A stretch of DNA of 64,000 nucleotides from an uncultured Prevotellaceae bacterium (GTDB lineage Bacteria; Bacteroidota; Bacteroidia; Bacteroidales; UBA3663): NCBI GenBank assembly GCA_964567855.1, contig CAZMOE010000007.1, positions 32,614 to 96,613 of the forward strand. Reading direction: 5' to 3'. Made by a program: the position numbers and the translations under genes. The notes under the pieces were generated by a model that was given only the letters and a program-made list of their open reading frames with translations, made no database searches and was not told where the DNA came from. Below are positions 30,011 to 39,878 of this stretch, in pieces (position 1 is the first letter of the stretch; every line of letters begins with the position of its first letter).

Positions 30011-30466
30011 TTAGATATCTATCCGAGGCAATTGTCTGGCAATATCATCATCTTCCAGATCATCCAAATCGAAATCGAACTCATCTATGTATTCAGGTTG
30101 TGCATATTCGTCCAATTCACGACGGTCTTTCTTTGTCGGACGTCCTGAGCCTTTAGCCCTGTCGATAAATCCGTTCAGCCGTTGCAGTTGCAGGAGATCG
30201 AGTTGTTCCTTGGACGTGACATTTTCCATGAAGAGCGGAACCAGTTTGGCCCCCATACGGTTTTCAGATAGCTGCAGGACTTTGAACGAGTAGGTAATCG
30301 GAGGTTTGCGGACCTGAATGATTTCCCCGATTCTGATTATCCGGGAAGGTTTAACCTTGGAATTATTGATGCTGACACGTCCCAGTTTGCAAGCGTCGGC
30401 CGCAATCGAGCGGGTTTTGAAGATTCTTACCGCCCAAAGCCATTTGTCAATTCTTACCTCACTCAT
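30011..30466 (-). CDS. hslR: S4-domain RNA-binding heat-shock protein 15-like
   Basis: VRIDKWLWAVRIFKTRSIAADACKLGRVSINN, with an acidic C-terminal tail. Confidence 0.8.
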   Translation of the reverse strand: MSEVRIDKWLWAVRIFKTRSIAADACKLGRVSINNSKVKPSRIIRIGEIIQVRKPPITYSFKVLQLSENRMGAKLVPLFMENVTSKEQLDLLQLQRLNGFIDRAKGSGRPTKKDRRELDEYAQPEYIDEFDFDLDDLEDDDIARQLPRIDI

Positions 30467-30485
30467 TACCTTATTTCTGTATAAA

Positions 30486-31049
30486 TTATTTTCGATTATA
30501 CTGATTCATCGCAAACTGAATGCCGCTGAGGCAAAACGCCCGGATGATATCGGCGGCCAGTTCAAGTCTTTCCGCCATCTGCGATTCCTGTTCCGGATCA
30601 AAGGTGCCCAAAACCCACTCCACCTGTTTCCCTTTCGGGTAGTCGTTGCCTACTCCGAATCGGAGGCGGGCGAAGTTTTCGCTGCCGGTAGCTCTTGCTA
30701 TATCTTTCAGACCGTTATGTCCGCCAGCAGAACCACCCGGTCGAAGACGGAGCTGGCCGAAAGGAAGCGCGATGTCGTCATTGATGACCAGCAGATGGTC
30801 CAGATCGATCTTTTCTTGTTGCATCCAATAGCGGACAGCGTTGCCGCTCAAGTTCATAAACGTATTGGGCTTCAGCAGGAGCAGTTGCTGGTTCTTGACG
30901 CGGGTTTCTGCGATGGCGCCAAAGCGGTCGTTTTTAAAACAAAGATTGGATGCTTTTGCAAAAGCATCCAATACTCTGAATCCAATATTATGTCTGGTCA
31001 TGGCGTATTCATCGCCGATGTTACCCAATCCACAAATCAGAAATTTCAT
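30486..31049 (-). CDS. pth: peptidyl-tRNA hydrolase
   Basis: [21 protein letters not shown] and GGHNGLKDI. Confidence 0.95.
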   Translation of the reverse strand: MKFLICGLGNIGDEYAMTRHNIGFRVLDAFAKASNLCFKNDRFGAIAETRVKNQQLLLLKPNTFMNLSGNAVRYWMQQEKIDLDHLLVINDDIALPFGQLRLRPGGSAGGHNGLKDIARATGSENFARLRFGVGNDYPKGKQVEWVLGTFDPEQESQMAERLELAADIIRAFCLSGIQFAMNQYNRK

Positions 31050-31077
31050 GAACGATGGTTAAGTCCTTGTCGTTAGA

Positions 31078-31647
31078 TTATTTTCCGGCAGCAGCGGCAC
31101 GAGATGCACGAGTAGCGCGAACTGCAGCGACGATGGCTTCACCGGCAGTGAGAACCTCGAGGTTTTCAAATTTGCATTCTTTTACCTTCATGGTTTTGCC
31201 AAGGGCGATGTTGGTAACGTCAATGATGAGGCGTTCGGGGATATTAGTCCAAAGGCCTTTGACAGAAAGATCGCGAAGCTGTTTGACCAATTTACCACCG
31301 GCCTTGACACCTTCAGCATGACCTTCCAATTTAACCGGGATCTTAACGGTAATCGGCTTGCTTTCTTCAATTACGAGGAAGTCGATATGAAGAATGTCCT
31401 CATCAACCGGGCTGAACTGCATTTCCTTTACGATGGCTTTGCATTCCTGACCTTCAATGTTCAGGTTAACCATATATACCTGAGAGGTATAGATCAGGTT
31501 ACGCAGGTCGGCAACTTTAACAGAGAAGAGTGTGGTTTCACCCTTGCCGATCAAGTTGCAGGGTACCATACCGGCAGCGCGGAGATTCTTGGCTGCTTTC
31601 TTACCGATGTCAGATCTTTTGACACCATTCAAATCATACTGTTTCAT
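31078..31647 (-). CDS. rplY: 50S ribosomal protein L25 / general stress protein Ctc
   Basis: 189 aa with L25/Ctc-like N-terminal and beta-barrel C-terminal halves. Shows the conserved pth linkage. Confidence 0.9.
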   Translation of the reverse strand: MKQYDLNGVKRSDIGKKAAKNLRAAGMVPCNLIGKGETTLFSVKVADLRNLIYTSQVYMVNLNIEGQECKAIVKEMQFSPVDEDILHIDFLVIEESKPITVKIPVKLEGHAEGVKAGGKLVKQLRDLSVKGLWTNIPERLIIDVTNIALGKTMKVKECKFENLEVLTAGEAIVAAVRATRASRAAAAGK

Positions 31648-31792
31648 GATTGTTTGTTAAGTTTAATGTGTTACTCAAAATTGAGGATGTTGCTCCTTAA
31701 TCTCCCATCACACTGATTATCGCGGGGACAAGTATATTGGTAAGGACCTCTGCCGCACCGGATAATTGCTGATGCTTAATTCAAAAGCGGCG

Positions 31793-31800
31793 CAAAGATA
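31793..31800 (-). promoter_or_regulatory. -7 box TAtcTTTG upstream of rplY
   Basis: caaagata on the plus strand, 146 nt upstream of the rplY ATG, implying a long leader. Confidence 0.35.
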
Positions 31801-31951
31801 ATGTTTTGCTTCCGATTATCCAAGTTTTTCTTTATCTTTTCGTTTTTTGTGATTGTCATTTCTTTCGAGATGCCTTAAAATTACAGCTTCCCCACCCAGA
31901 TTGATTGCTGGGCCGGGAACCTGCCGTTTTTTCGTTTATACTATTTTCCGA

Positions 31952-33798
31952 TCATTTGAAAATAGTGATTTTTTCTTTTCCTATGATGTAGATTCCGGCC
32001 GGTAATTTCCGGATGGCCTCTTGGCGTGGGATCCGGGTGTATATTTTCAGACCGGTAAGGGTATATACCTCGACTAAAGTATCGTCTTCTGCCTGGAGGA
32101 GATAGATATCTGAACCAGGTTCTTCGTAAGAATCCGAGTTGGTCAGATAAACTTTCTTGACGATAAACGGTGTGTTGCCGAGACTCCAGAATCCGACGAT
32201 ATAGATGTGGCTGGGGTCGAGGCGGGTTGTGGTACCGTTGCGGAACATTTCAGCGCTTTTGGCGACAACCTGACGGCTATTGCCGAAATCATACATGGCG
32301 CAGCCGGTCCAATAGTTGTTTTCGTCAAAGATGCGGAATGAGATGTTGCATCTGTTGTCGCTTCCCAACTGGGCTACCAGATATTTATAGTTGGAAATAT
32401 CGATGCCGGCCGAGTATTTCCATCCGGCGAAGCCGTATTGTCCGGTGGTGACGGTATGTGTTTTTTCGTTGAAGGAACCGGTTTTCCAGATGGATGGGTT
32501 GAACAGGCCGCTGACCAGCGGAAAACTACTTGCCTCGATGGTGATCTGCACGCTTTTTTCACCGCCCAATGTCCCCTTATAGGTTGCGGTGAGCTTGGTT
32601 TTTCCGTCTTTGACAGCCGTGATTCGGCCGTTGTTGACGGAAATGATTGCCGGATCGTAATCGCTGTATGTTGCAGCGGAAGAGATATTCTCGCTATGCC
32701 CGTCGCGGTAGACTGCCTGAAGTTCGATTGAGGAAGAGCTTCCGGTGAGCAGGGTGAGGTTTTCATCGCCGATGAAATTTATGTACTCAAGGGTCAGTGA
32801 CTCCTCGCTGTAACCGTCGAAGTGATTGTCGAAATAGGTTTCTTCCTTGAATACAGGCTCAGTGGCGAACCAGTCGACGTCAACCCAACCGCCGAGGGCC
32901 TTGGTAGCATAGTTGAAGATGGCAAATTTGTTGCCGGTAAAGACGGAAAGATTATATTTCATGGCAAATTCTTCGCCGAATCGGGTATAAACTTCGTTGT
33001 CGGTGCTATAATAGAAATTTGCTTTCCCGGTCATATAGTTGGCGACGGCTCGCAGATAAACGGTATCGGCGATAATGGTCGGGCCGACGGTTTCCGTCTC
33101 GCTGTTGCCATCGCTGAGGGAGGTGGTGGCGTAAACGATTTTTTTGTTTTCACCATTCATCGTCGTGGAGATCATATAATAATTGTCGTCGATGCGGATT
33201 ACATCCGGATCCGGAAAATCGCCGAAGATGACAGGATTGTTATATTGGCCGTTGCCTGCGTCGCTGCTGGCCAAACGGCTATAGTCCGGGCGGGTATAAT
33301 AATCCTCTGCATATTCCTGATACCAATGGTAGATGGGCCAGGGGAATGCCTCCGGGTCGGTCAGGAATGTATAGTTGTCGTCGGCCGGCGCTTCGTCTTT
33401 GAAGGCCGCCAGATGCTGAATCGGTTGAAATTAAAGGCCGAGATGTCGTTTTCTCCAGTTGTGGAGACACCAGGAATGTTGGACCGATAGGGATCCATGT
33501 GCATCCTGACAAAATTCATTTTCCAGCCGGCGGCCATTAGCTCGTCGATGCGTCGCTGGTTGTAGTTCAGGCAACCTTGGATATTGTAATTCGTCCAGTA
33601 TTGGCCGCGTTCGTTGAACCATGGACTATAGGTTTGGCGGAAGCCGTGGAGTTTCACGACATTGCCGTGCGGGTCTTTTAACTGATTGTCCTCAACGTGC
33701 AGTTCTGGCATTGCCATGCCTTCCCACGCTTCGGTTGGCAGCACCGAGGTGCAGAACAGAAATAACGCCCAGAAAGGAAAAAGGAAATGATGTTTCAT
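31952..33798 (-). pseudogene. frameshifted and internally deleted mosaic glycoside hydrolase remnant (GH5 N-fragment, GH43 fragments, Big_2, CBM-like domain, T9SS CTD)
   Basis: ORF 33361-33798 has a signal peptide plus a GH5-like start (LHVEDNQLKDPHGNVVKLHG) and stops before any NEP acid/base motif. The reading frame continues in another frame from about 33430 (QHLAAFKDEAP...) into ORF 31952-33274. That ORF has only a TTG at its head. It contains the first GH43 blade (NPVIFGDFPDPDVIRIDDNYYMISTTM) joined directly to the GH43 C-terminal sandwich (ANFYYSTDNEVYTRFGEEF...GGWVDVDWF), then Big_2 (ISVNNGRITAVKDGKTKLTATY) and a CTD tail (VEVYTLTGLKIY...LPAGIYIIGKEKITIFK). Confidence 0.6.
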
Positions 33799-34505
33799 AT
33801 TGTAATGAATTTATATTTTTGCTGCTAAGATATGTGTGTCAGTCCGTTTCTCTTGTATGGTTTGAAACATCTGTTGCGTGATGTGTAACACCGGTTTTAT
33901 AAATGATGCATTTTTATTTATATATGTGACAAAATCTTGATGAGTGGGGTGTTTCCTCTCCGTGTATGATATTCGGTTGAAACTTTGTTTTATCGATGTG
34001 TGGAGTTTTAACGTTGGCGAGAATGCAGATTTTATGTTTCCTTTTCTTCTGTATGAATGATGATATGGCAGGATATTGTGTTATGATTATTACTCGATCT
34101 TCACAAATGCTTGTGCCGGGATTCTATGGAAATAATGAGTGTCGGGTTATATTGTCTTCGGTTTTGGAGAGATTACAGGGTTTTACGCCGTTTGGGTTCT
34201 TGAGAATCGGGAGGGTTTGTGATGTCCGCCGGCGTGCTTATCCGGCTGATTGGATGCTATGGGGGTGATATTTTTTTCTATTTTTCAAAAAAATATCATA
34301 AGGATGTGAACTTTTCAAAAACGGGACTGTTATATAGTCAGAACTGAGAGGAAAATTTCTTACCAGTAACCTATAATATGGAACACATATTAATCTATTT
34401 GATGAATTGTTATCAGATCATAGTTATTTTGGTATTAGGATGATTTAGTTCTTTAATTATGATTTTAAATTTTGTGCAACATCTCGATTTTATGAAGTAA
34501 AATGG

Positions 34506-34537
34506 AAAGCGGGCAATAATATGCCCGCTTTTTTTGT
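34506..34537. terminator. hairpin plus T-run next to the small membrane-protein gene
   Basis: aaagcgggca (34506-34515) pairs with tgcccgcttt (34522-34531) with a 6-nt loop, then ttttttt. It lies 14 nt beyond the minus-strand stop at 34551. Confidence 0.65.
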
Positions 34538-34550
34538 CGGTGTACAGATG

Positions 34551-34709
34551 TTATTTTTCGGTTTTGTTCAGAATGATCAGGGCGGCAATCACGCCGGGAA
34601 CCCATGCCACAAGAGTGAGCAGAAAAACAATGAGTACAGAACCGCATCCCTTGTCAAGAACAGCCAAAGGCGGGAAGATGATAGCGAGAAGAACTCTTAA
34701 ACAGGACAT
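34551..34709 (-). CDS. YqaE/Pmp3 (UPF0057) family small membrane proteolipid
   Basis: 52 aa, below the ORF-track cutoff and translated by hand: MSCLRVLLAIIFPPLAVLDKGCGSVLIVFLLTLVAWVPGVIAALIILNKTEK. Two TM helices and a Pmp3-like FPPLAV...PGVI pattern. A -7 box lies 31 nt upstream. Confidence 0.7.
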   Translation of the reverse strand: MSCLRVLLAIIFPPLAVLDKGCGSVLIVFLLTLVAWVPGVIAALIILNKTEK

Positions 34710-34739
34710 GACAATAGTATTAAGATTGGATTATGCCGG

Positions 34740-34747
34740 CAAAGATA
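34740..34747 (-). promoter_or_regulatory. -7 box TAtcTTTG for the Pmp3-like gene
   Basis: caaagata on the plus strand, 31 nt upstream of ATG 34709. Confidence 0.45.
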
Positions 34748-34959
34748 GGGCAGGCAGGGTGAAATGACAAATATCTTTTATCGAAATATTATGTCGGTCA
34801 TTGTGTTTACCATTATTTTGTCAATGCGGATGGTTAGTCCGGTAGCGTGTGGCCCCCTGTTTTTTATTTCGGGCGGAATGTTATGAAGTTAAGAACCGGT
34901 AAATTTTTATTCTGCCGGGCGGACTATTCAGGATAGCTGTTTGCTTGTGGCAGGAATGT

Positions 34960-37053
34960 TCAGAATACAAAACCGATGTTGACCAGGAAGTCTACTTTTT
35001 CGGTGAGATTGGAATAGTGGAAGCTCCCTGAGATGGGGCCGATGACGGTTTTATAAATGTAGCCGAGTTTTGCTCCCCAGTAGGGATCGTTTTCAAAAAG
35101 AGTTTCTGGATATGGCGCCGATCCAAGCAATCCGCCGCCGAGTATGATGAACTGATTTTTGCTGACTCGCCCTCGGATATCGAGACCGGTGGTAAACATA
35201 GCGTTGTTGATGATTTGTAATTTGGTGATACCGCTGAATGTCGATTGTCCGTCGAAGATGTCTCCGTTGGCAACTCCTCCCACGAAATTCAGCAGGGCAT
35301 ACATGTCATCGTAGGGATGTTTCACAAACCGGAGGGCGGCATGGGGCAGGAATACAACGTTCCGGTTCATGCTCCAGGCCTGTAAAAAGCGGGCACTGAG
35401 GATATGCGTGGCCTGATGTCCCTTGTAAGTAAACAGATTGTCGGTGACGAGCTGGTATTTTCCCTCCAACAGACGTCCGCGTTTCGGGTACCAGGAATCA
35501 TCGATGGTGCTGTAAAGGTAGCGGAAGTAGTAGCGGAAATATCTTACGTTTCTCACTCGGATATCTTTGGCGGTCAGCAGTCCGTCCCATCGGTAGTAAT
35601 CATGGACAAGGCCAGCCTGGCAGAGCATCTGTTGCCAGCTGCGGAGCATTTCGATGCGGGCCTGATGCCGGTAATAGTTCAGATTGGCTACCCGTCGGTT
35701 GCCGTAATGTATGTTGATATTATCGCTGTCGAATTGATAGCCGATATTCAGAAAGAAGTCCTTGTGAATGTCCCAGTTCAGCTTGGTTGAAATATAGCTC
35801 CGGTCACCCAACCGTCCTTTGATGTTCAGGAATGAATCGTGTCCTTTGGCAGGAAGTTTGAGGTGCAGGCCCAGCAACAGCGCCACGTCCTTAATATTGT
35901 CATAGCGCACGCTGAGATTGATGGAGCTCTCCGCAAACGAGTTTTTCAGGGATGCACTTTTCCGATAGCGTTCGCTTTGTTCTTCTTGCTCCAATTCGAG
36001 ACTTTCTTCTATGGAAGTAATCTGTTTGGGCTGCTTCATCTGTTCCGGTTTCCGGCCGCTTCGGTCAAGTTGGTAACGGATACGTTTCAGATCGTTCCAT
36101 TTCGAGAGAGCAGCCAGTTCGCCGCGTCGTTTTAACGTATCTATGGCAGTGGTGGAGAAACTTGCCGCACTATAACCGCTGACATCTACTTTGATATAAA
36201 TGTCTGTGCTGTCTATTTTTGCGAAATAGTCATTGTTGGTGGCCACATCGATCACTTGCATGACGACACGGTCAATGCCTTTCAGTTCTTCTGCGGGTAA
36301 TAAATTGGCCTGGACATCCACACCGATGATAATGTCGGCCCCCATTTTCTTGGCAACATCGGTAGGATAGTTATTCATGATGCCGCCATCGACAAAGACG
36401 CGGTCTTCGGAGCGTACCGGGGTGAAAATTCCCGGTATGGACATGCTGGCACGCATGGCCTCCTGCAGGTTTCCGTCATGAAATTCATAGGCCTCCCCGT
36501 GGGCAATATCCACGGCGACGCATGCGAAAGGAATCGGAAGAGAATCGAAACTGCCGACATCTCCATTGTATGGATAGAGCAATTGGTGGAGTAGGTGATC
36601 CAGATTAATGCCCTTAATGACTCCTCCGTTTGCAAATTCAGGATTGGCAGCCTGAAAGGGAATGGAAAGCGCGTAGTGTTCGGTCTGTATCCGGTCTGCA
36701 AGAGACTGGTTCTGCGGATTCTGGCGGTCTGACAACAATAACTTCCAGTCTTGCGAGGAGAGAAGACTGTCCAACTGGTCTGTGGTATAGCCTGTGGAGT
36801 ACAGGCCGCCGATCAATGCCCCCATCGAGGTTCCCACTATATAGTCTATCGGTATCCCTGCTTTCTCGATTACCCGTAAGGCGCCGACGTGAGCCGCTCC
36901 TTTCGCACCGCCACCACTTAAAACGACAGCAACCTTGGGCAAACCCCTGGTGCTGTCGTTGTACGATGAAGAAATGTCCGATTGTGCAGCTTCAATGTGC
37001 GGCCAGCAGAAAAAACTGCATAGACACAATGCAAGAATGCAAGGGCATTTCAT
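34960..37053 (-). CDS. patatin-like phospholipase with C-terminal outer-membrane beta-barrel-like region
   Basis: 697 aa with a signal peptide. Oxyanion motif VVLSGGGAKGAAHVG, lipase serine IVGTSMGALIGG, catalytic Asp VFVDGGIMNNYP. The C-terminal half has an alternating beta-strand pattern ending in NIGFVF. Confidence 0.85.
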   Translation of the reverse strand: MKCPCILALCLCSFFCWPHIEAAQSDISSSYNDSTRGLPKVAVVLSGGGAKGAAHVGALRVIEKAGIPIDYIVGTSMGALIGGLYSTGYTTDQLDSLLSSQDWKLLLSDRQNPQNQSLADRIQTEHYALSIPFQAANPEFANGGVIKGINLDHLLHQLLYPYNGDVGSFDSLPIPFACVAVDIAHGEAYEFHDGNLQEAMRASMSIPGIFTPVRSEDRVFVDGGIMNNYPTDVAKKMGADIIIGVDVQANLLPAEELKGIDRVVMQVIDVATNNDYFAKIDSTDIYIKVDVSGYSAASFSTTAIDTLKRRGELAALSKWNDLKRIRYQLDRSGRKPEQMKQPKQITSIEESLELEQEEQSERYRKSASLKNSFAESSINLSVRYDNIKDVALLLGLHLKLPAKGHDSFLNIKGRLGDRSYISTKLNWDIHKDFFLNIGYQFDSDNINIHYGNRRVANLNYYRHQARIEMLRSWQQMLCQAGLVHDYYRWDGLLTAKDIRVRNVRYFRYYFRYLYSTIDDSWYPKRGRLLEGKYQLVTDNLFTYKGHQATHILSARFLQAWSMNRNVVFLPHAALRFVKHPYDDMYALLNFVGGVANGDIFDGQSTFSGITKLQIINNAMFTTGLDIRGRVSKNQFIILGGGLLGSAPYPETLFENDPYWGAKLGYIYKTVIGPISGSFHYSNLTEKVDFLVNIGFVF

Positions 37054-37079
37054 AAATATGCATGGTTAACAATGGACTG

Positions 37080-37616
37080 TCAATAGGATTCGTCGCTCAG
37101 TTCCTCAAGATCCGAGAAACCTTCGGCATCCAATTCGTCCGGGTCGTAGTCTTCATCTCCGTACATGGCGTCTTCCCCGCCGTTTGCGCCGATCAGCAGT
37201 TCATCGATGTCTTTGACCTGTACGGGAGCTTTGCCTGTCGATACCAGGATCTGGGGTTGTTTCAGATGTTTGCCCGTTTCAATGGTCTTGAGTTGTATGT
37301 ATAAGAACCGTTCGCACATTGTATCGAAGAGAAACAACAGTTTCGTTTTCTCTTCTTGCAGCAGGTCGTTGAGATGAGTCTTGTCCATGCTCCAGCTTTC
37401 GACCGTAGGGTCGTCGTTCATCTCTATCAGGGTGATTTCTTTCTTCTTGCTCCAGTCGGGATCGCAAATAAAGAAAGAGGTCATCTGGTCTTTCTTATAA
37501 CTACATGTTTTAAGGATGGCGTCGTGCAGCTCAAGGAATGTAGCTTCTGCGTCAATGACGATTTCACGACGGAAATCGTCAATTTCATCCGACAGTATGA
37601 CAAAATGAAATATCAT
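37080..37616 (-). CDS. PRiA4b-ORF3-like (MM3350-like) domain protein with acidic tail
   Basis: 178 aa. MIFHFVILSDEIDDFRREIVIDAEATFLELHDAIL. C-terminus DEDYDPDELDAEGFSDLEELSDESY. Starts 10 nt after the lpxA stop. Confidence 0.65.
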   Translation of the reverse strand: MIFHFVILSDEIDDFRREIVIDAEATFLELHDAILKTCSYKKDQMTSFFICDPDWSKKKEITLIEMNDDPTVESWSMDKTHLNDLLQEEKTKLLFLFDTMCERFLYIQLKTIETGKHLKQPQILVSTGKAPVQVKDIDELLIGANGGEDAMYGDEDYDPDELDAEGFSDLEELSDESY

Positions 37617-37626
37617 ATAGATGTAT

Positions 37627-38415
37627 TTAGTTGATGAAACCCTTGATGATACCGCGATCGGAATTCTTGATGAAGTCTACCACCATATCTCTTTCAGGTG
37701 AAGCTGGGAATTCAGCTTCAATCCGGTCGACGGCATGGGTAGTGTTAAGACCGGACATATAAATAATGCGGTACATTTCCTGTATGTTCATAATGGTTTC
37801 TGCTGAAAAACCGTGGCGGCGCAGTCCCACAGAGTTCAATCCTACATAACAGGCCGGGATACGGGCTGCCATAGTGTAGGGGGGAACGTCTTTGTTCAAT
37901 GGAGTGCCGCCCTGAATCATACAGTAGGCTCCGATATGGGAGAATTGGTGGATCAGGGCGCCGCCGCCGATTACGGCAAATGGTTCTATTACTACTTCTC
38001 CGGCCATCTGTACGCTGTTGGACATGATGACGTTGTCTTTCACATGGCAGTCGTGGGCCACATGACAATAAGCCATAATGAGGCAATTATTACCTACACG
38101 GGTCACTTTTTTAGAGGCTGTAGCGCGATGCACGGTGACGCATTCGTGCAGAATCGTGTTATCTCCGATCTCTACTGTCGTATATTCACCCTTGAATTTC
38201 AGATCTTGAGGAATGGTTGCAATACATGCTCCCGGGAATATATGGCAGTTTTTGCCGATACGGGCACCGGGAAACAATGTTACTCCATTTTCAATGATAG
38301 TGCCTTCGCCGATAACGACATCTTCATGAATGACGGCAAAAGGGCCGATTTTGACGTTATCGCCGATTTTTGCATCCGGGTGTATGTAGGCTAACGGTGA
38401 ATGTAGTTCTTTCAT
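37627..38415 (-). CDS. lpxA: acyl-ACP--UDP-N-acetylglucosamine O-acyltransferase
   Basis: 262 aa with hexapeptide repeats ([29 protein letters not shown]) and an LpxA-type C-terminal helical domain. Confidence 0.93.
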   Translation of the reverse strand: MKELHSPLAYIHPDAKIGDNVKIGPFAVIHEDVVIGEGTIIENGVTLFPGARIGKNCHIFPGACIATIPQDLKFKGEYTTVEIGDNTILHECVTVHRATASKKVTRVGNNCLIMAYCHVAHDCHVKDNVIMSNSVQMAGEVVIEPFAVIGGGALIHQFSHIGAYCMIQGGTPLNKDVPPYTMAARIPACYVGLNSVGLRRHGFSAETIMNIQEMYRIIYMSGLNTTHAVDRIEAEFPASPERDMVVDFIKNSDRGIIKGFIN

Positions 38416-38442
38416 ATTGATATATCTGATGGGATTTGGAAA

Positions 38443-39831
38443 TTATTTGTTCTTGATGATTTGCGCCATGAACTCTGCCTCGCTGACAATTTTATCACCG
38501 ACGAAAGCATAGCCTTTCATTTGGGCGCACCCGCGACGTAATGGCGACATGAAGGAGACCTTGAAAATAATGGTATCGCCGGGTACTATCTTCTGACGGA
38601 ATTTTACATTGTCGATTTTCATGAAATAAGTCGAGTAGCGCTCCGGGTCGTCGACGCTGTTGAGAACAAGTATGCCGCTGCACTGTGCCATGGCTTCGAT
38701 TTGCAATACACCCGGCATGACGGGCTCTTGCGGAAAGTGGCCGACGAAGAACGGTTCGTTGGCAGTGACATTTTTGATGCCGACACAATAATTATTTGGC
38801 TCGTATTCGACAATTTTATCGACGAGCTGGAATGGATAACGGTGGGGCAGAATTGCCTTGATGCCGTTGTTATCGAGTATCGGGGTTTTATTCGGATCGT
38901 AAACCGGGATCTGCACTTCGGTGTGCTTCATGTCTTTCCGCACTGCACGGGCCAGCTTGTTGTTGATGCCGTGCCCCGGACGCGTAGCGACTACACGACC
39001 CTGGATAAACTTGCCGATAAGGGCAAGATCACCGATGAGGTCCAGCAGCTTGTGGCGGGCCGGCTCGTTATACCATTGGAGCGGTTTTTCCTGCAGGTAG
39101 CCCAGTTGTTCGACATTGGGAGCGGGGACACCCATGATGCCGGCAAGATTGTCCATCGCCTTTTGATCGATCTTCTGGTCATAGATGACAATGGCATTGT
39201 TCAGATCGCCACCTTTAATCAGGTTGGCCTGAAGCAACGGCTCGATTTCACGAACAAAGACAAAGGTGCGCGCTGATGCGATTTCCGTGTTGAATTCATT
39301 CAAGTTATTGAGAACCGCATACTGGCTGTTGAGGATAGGAGAGGGAAATTCTACGAAAGTGGTCACAGAGAAATGGTCATCAGGGAAGATGTTGAGGCGA
39401 ACGCCGTTTTCTTCATCTGCGACTTCATATTTTTTAGTGATGCGGAAATATTCGCGGTTGCTTTCCTGTTCGGTGATGCCGGCTTTTTCGATGGCTTCGG
39501 CATACAAAACGGCGCTGCCATCCAGAATCGGAAATTCCGGAGCGTTGACCTGCAGAAGGCAGTTGTCGATACCGGCGCAGTAAAGGGCGGCCATGACATG
39601 CTCGATCGTGCTGACGCTGACGCCGTTCTTTTCAATGACCGTGCCGCGCTGGGTGTGCTGTACGTTTTCGGCTACCGCCTCGATGATCGGCTGTTCCGGG
39701 AGGTCGGTACGCTGTATTGTGTAGCCGTTATTGTCGGGTGCCGGGCAGAAAGTTACGGTAATATCCATTCCCGTATGAAGCCCTTTGCCTGAAAAGGAAA
39801 AAGATTCTTTAAGGGTTCTTTGTTTGTCCAT
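38443..39831 (-). CDS. lpxC: bifunctional UDP-3-O-acyl-GlcNAc deacetylase / 3-hydroxyacyl-ACP dehydratase
   Basis: 462 aa. LpxC N-terminus (FSFSGKGLHTGMDITVTF) fused to a FabZ hot-dog domain (LPHRYPFQLVDKIV, FFVGHFPQEPVMPGVLQIEAMAQ). This fusion is typical of Bacteroidota. Confidence 0.95.
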   Translation of the reverse strand: MDKQRTLKESFSFSGKGLHTGMDITVTFCPAPDNNGYTIQRTDLPEQPIIEAVAENVQHTQRGTVIEKNGVSVSTIEHVMAALYCAGIDNCLLQVNAPEFPILDGSAVLYAEAIEKAGITEQESNREYFRITKKYEVADEENGVRLNIFPDDHFSVTTFVEFPSPILNSQYAVLNNLNEFNTEIASARTFVFVREIEPLLQANLIKGGDLNNAIVIYDQKIDQKAMDNLAGIMGVPAPNVEQLGYLQEKPLQWYNEPARHKLLDLIGDLALIGKFIQGRVVATRPGHGINNKLARAVRKDMKHTEVQIPVYDPNKTPILDNNGIKAILPHRYPFQLVDKIVEYEPNNYCVGIKNVTANEPFFVGHFPQEPVMPGVLQIEAMAQCSGILVLNSVDDPERYSTYFMKIDNVKFRQKIVPGDTIIFKVSFMSPLRRGCAQMKGYAFVGDKIVSEAEFMAQIIKNK

Positions 39832-39878
39832 GATAGATGGTTTATTTTATTTTTTGATATTTCGGATGATGAAGGAAA

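Noticed and set aside
33361-33435. The frame change in the GH remnant could in principle be a programmed ribosomal frameshift.
   Set aside because: There is no slippery heptamer or homopolymer in the overlap, and no downstream pseudoknot-like structure was noticed. Both catalytic domains are also internally deleted, so decay is the simpler reading.
33996-34268. A 90-aa plus-strand ORF lies in the 750-nt spacer upstream of the GH remnant. The AT palindrome tgatattttttt...aaaaaaatatca lies at about 34266-34299.
   Set aside because: The ORF is Cys/Phe/Met-rich with no motif or promoter box. The palindrome is pure A/T low complexity, so I would not call it an operator or an invertible-element boundary.
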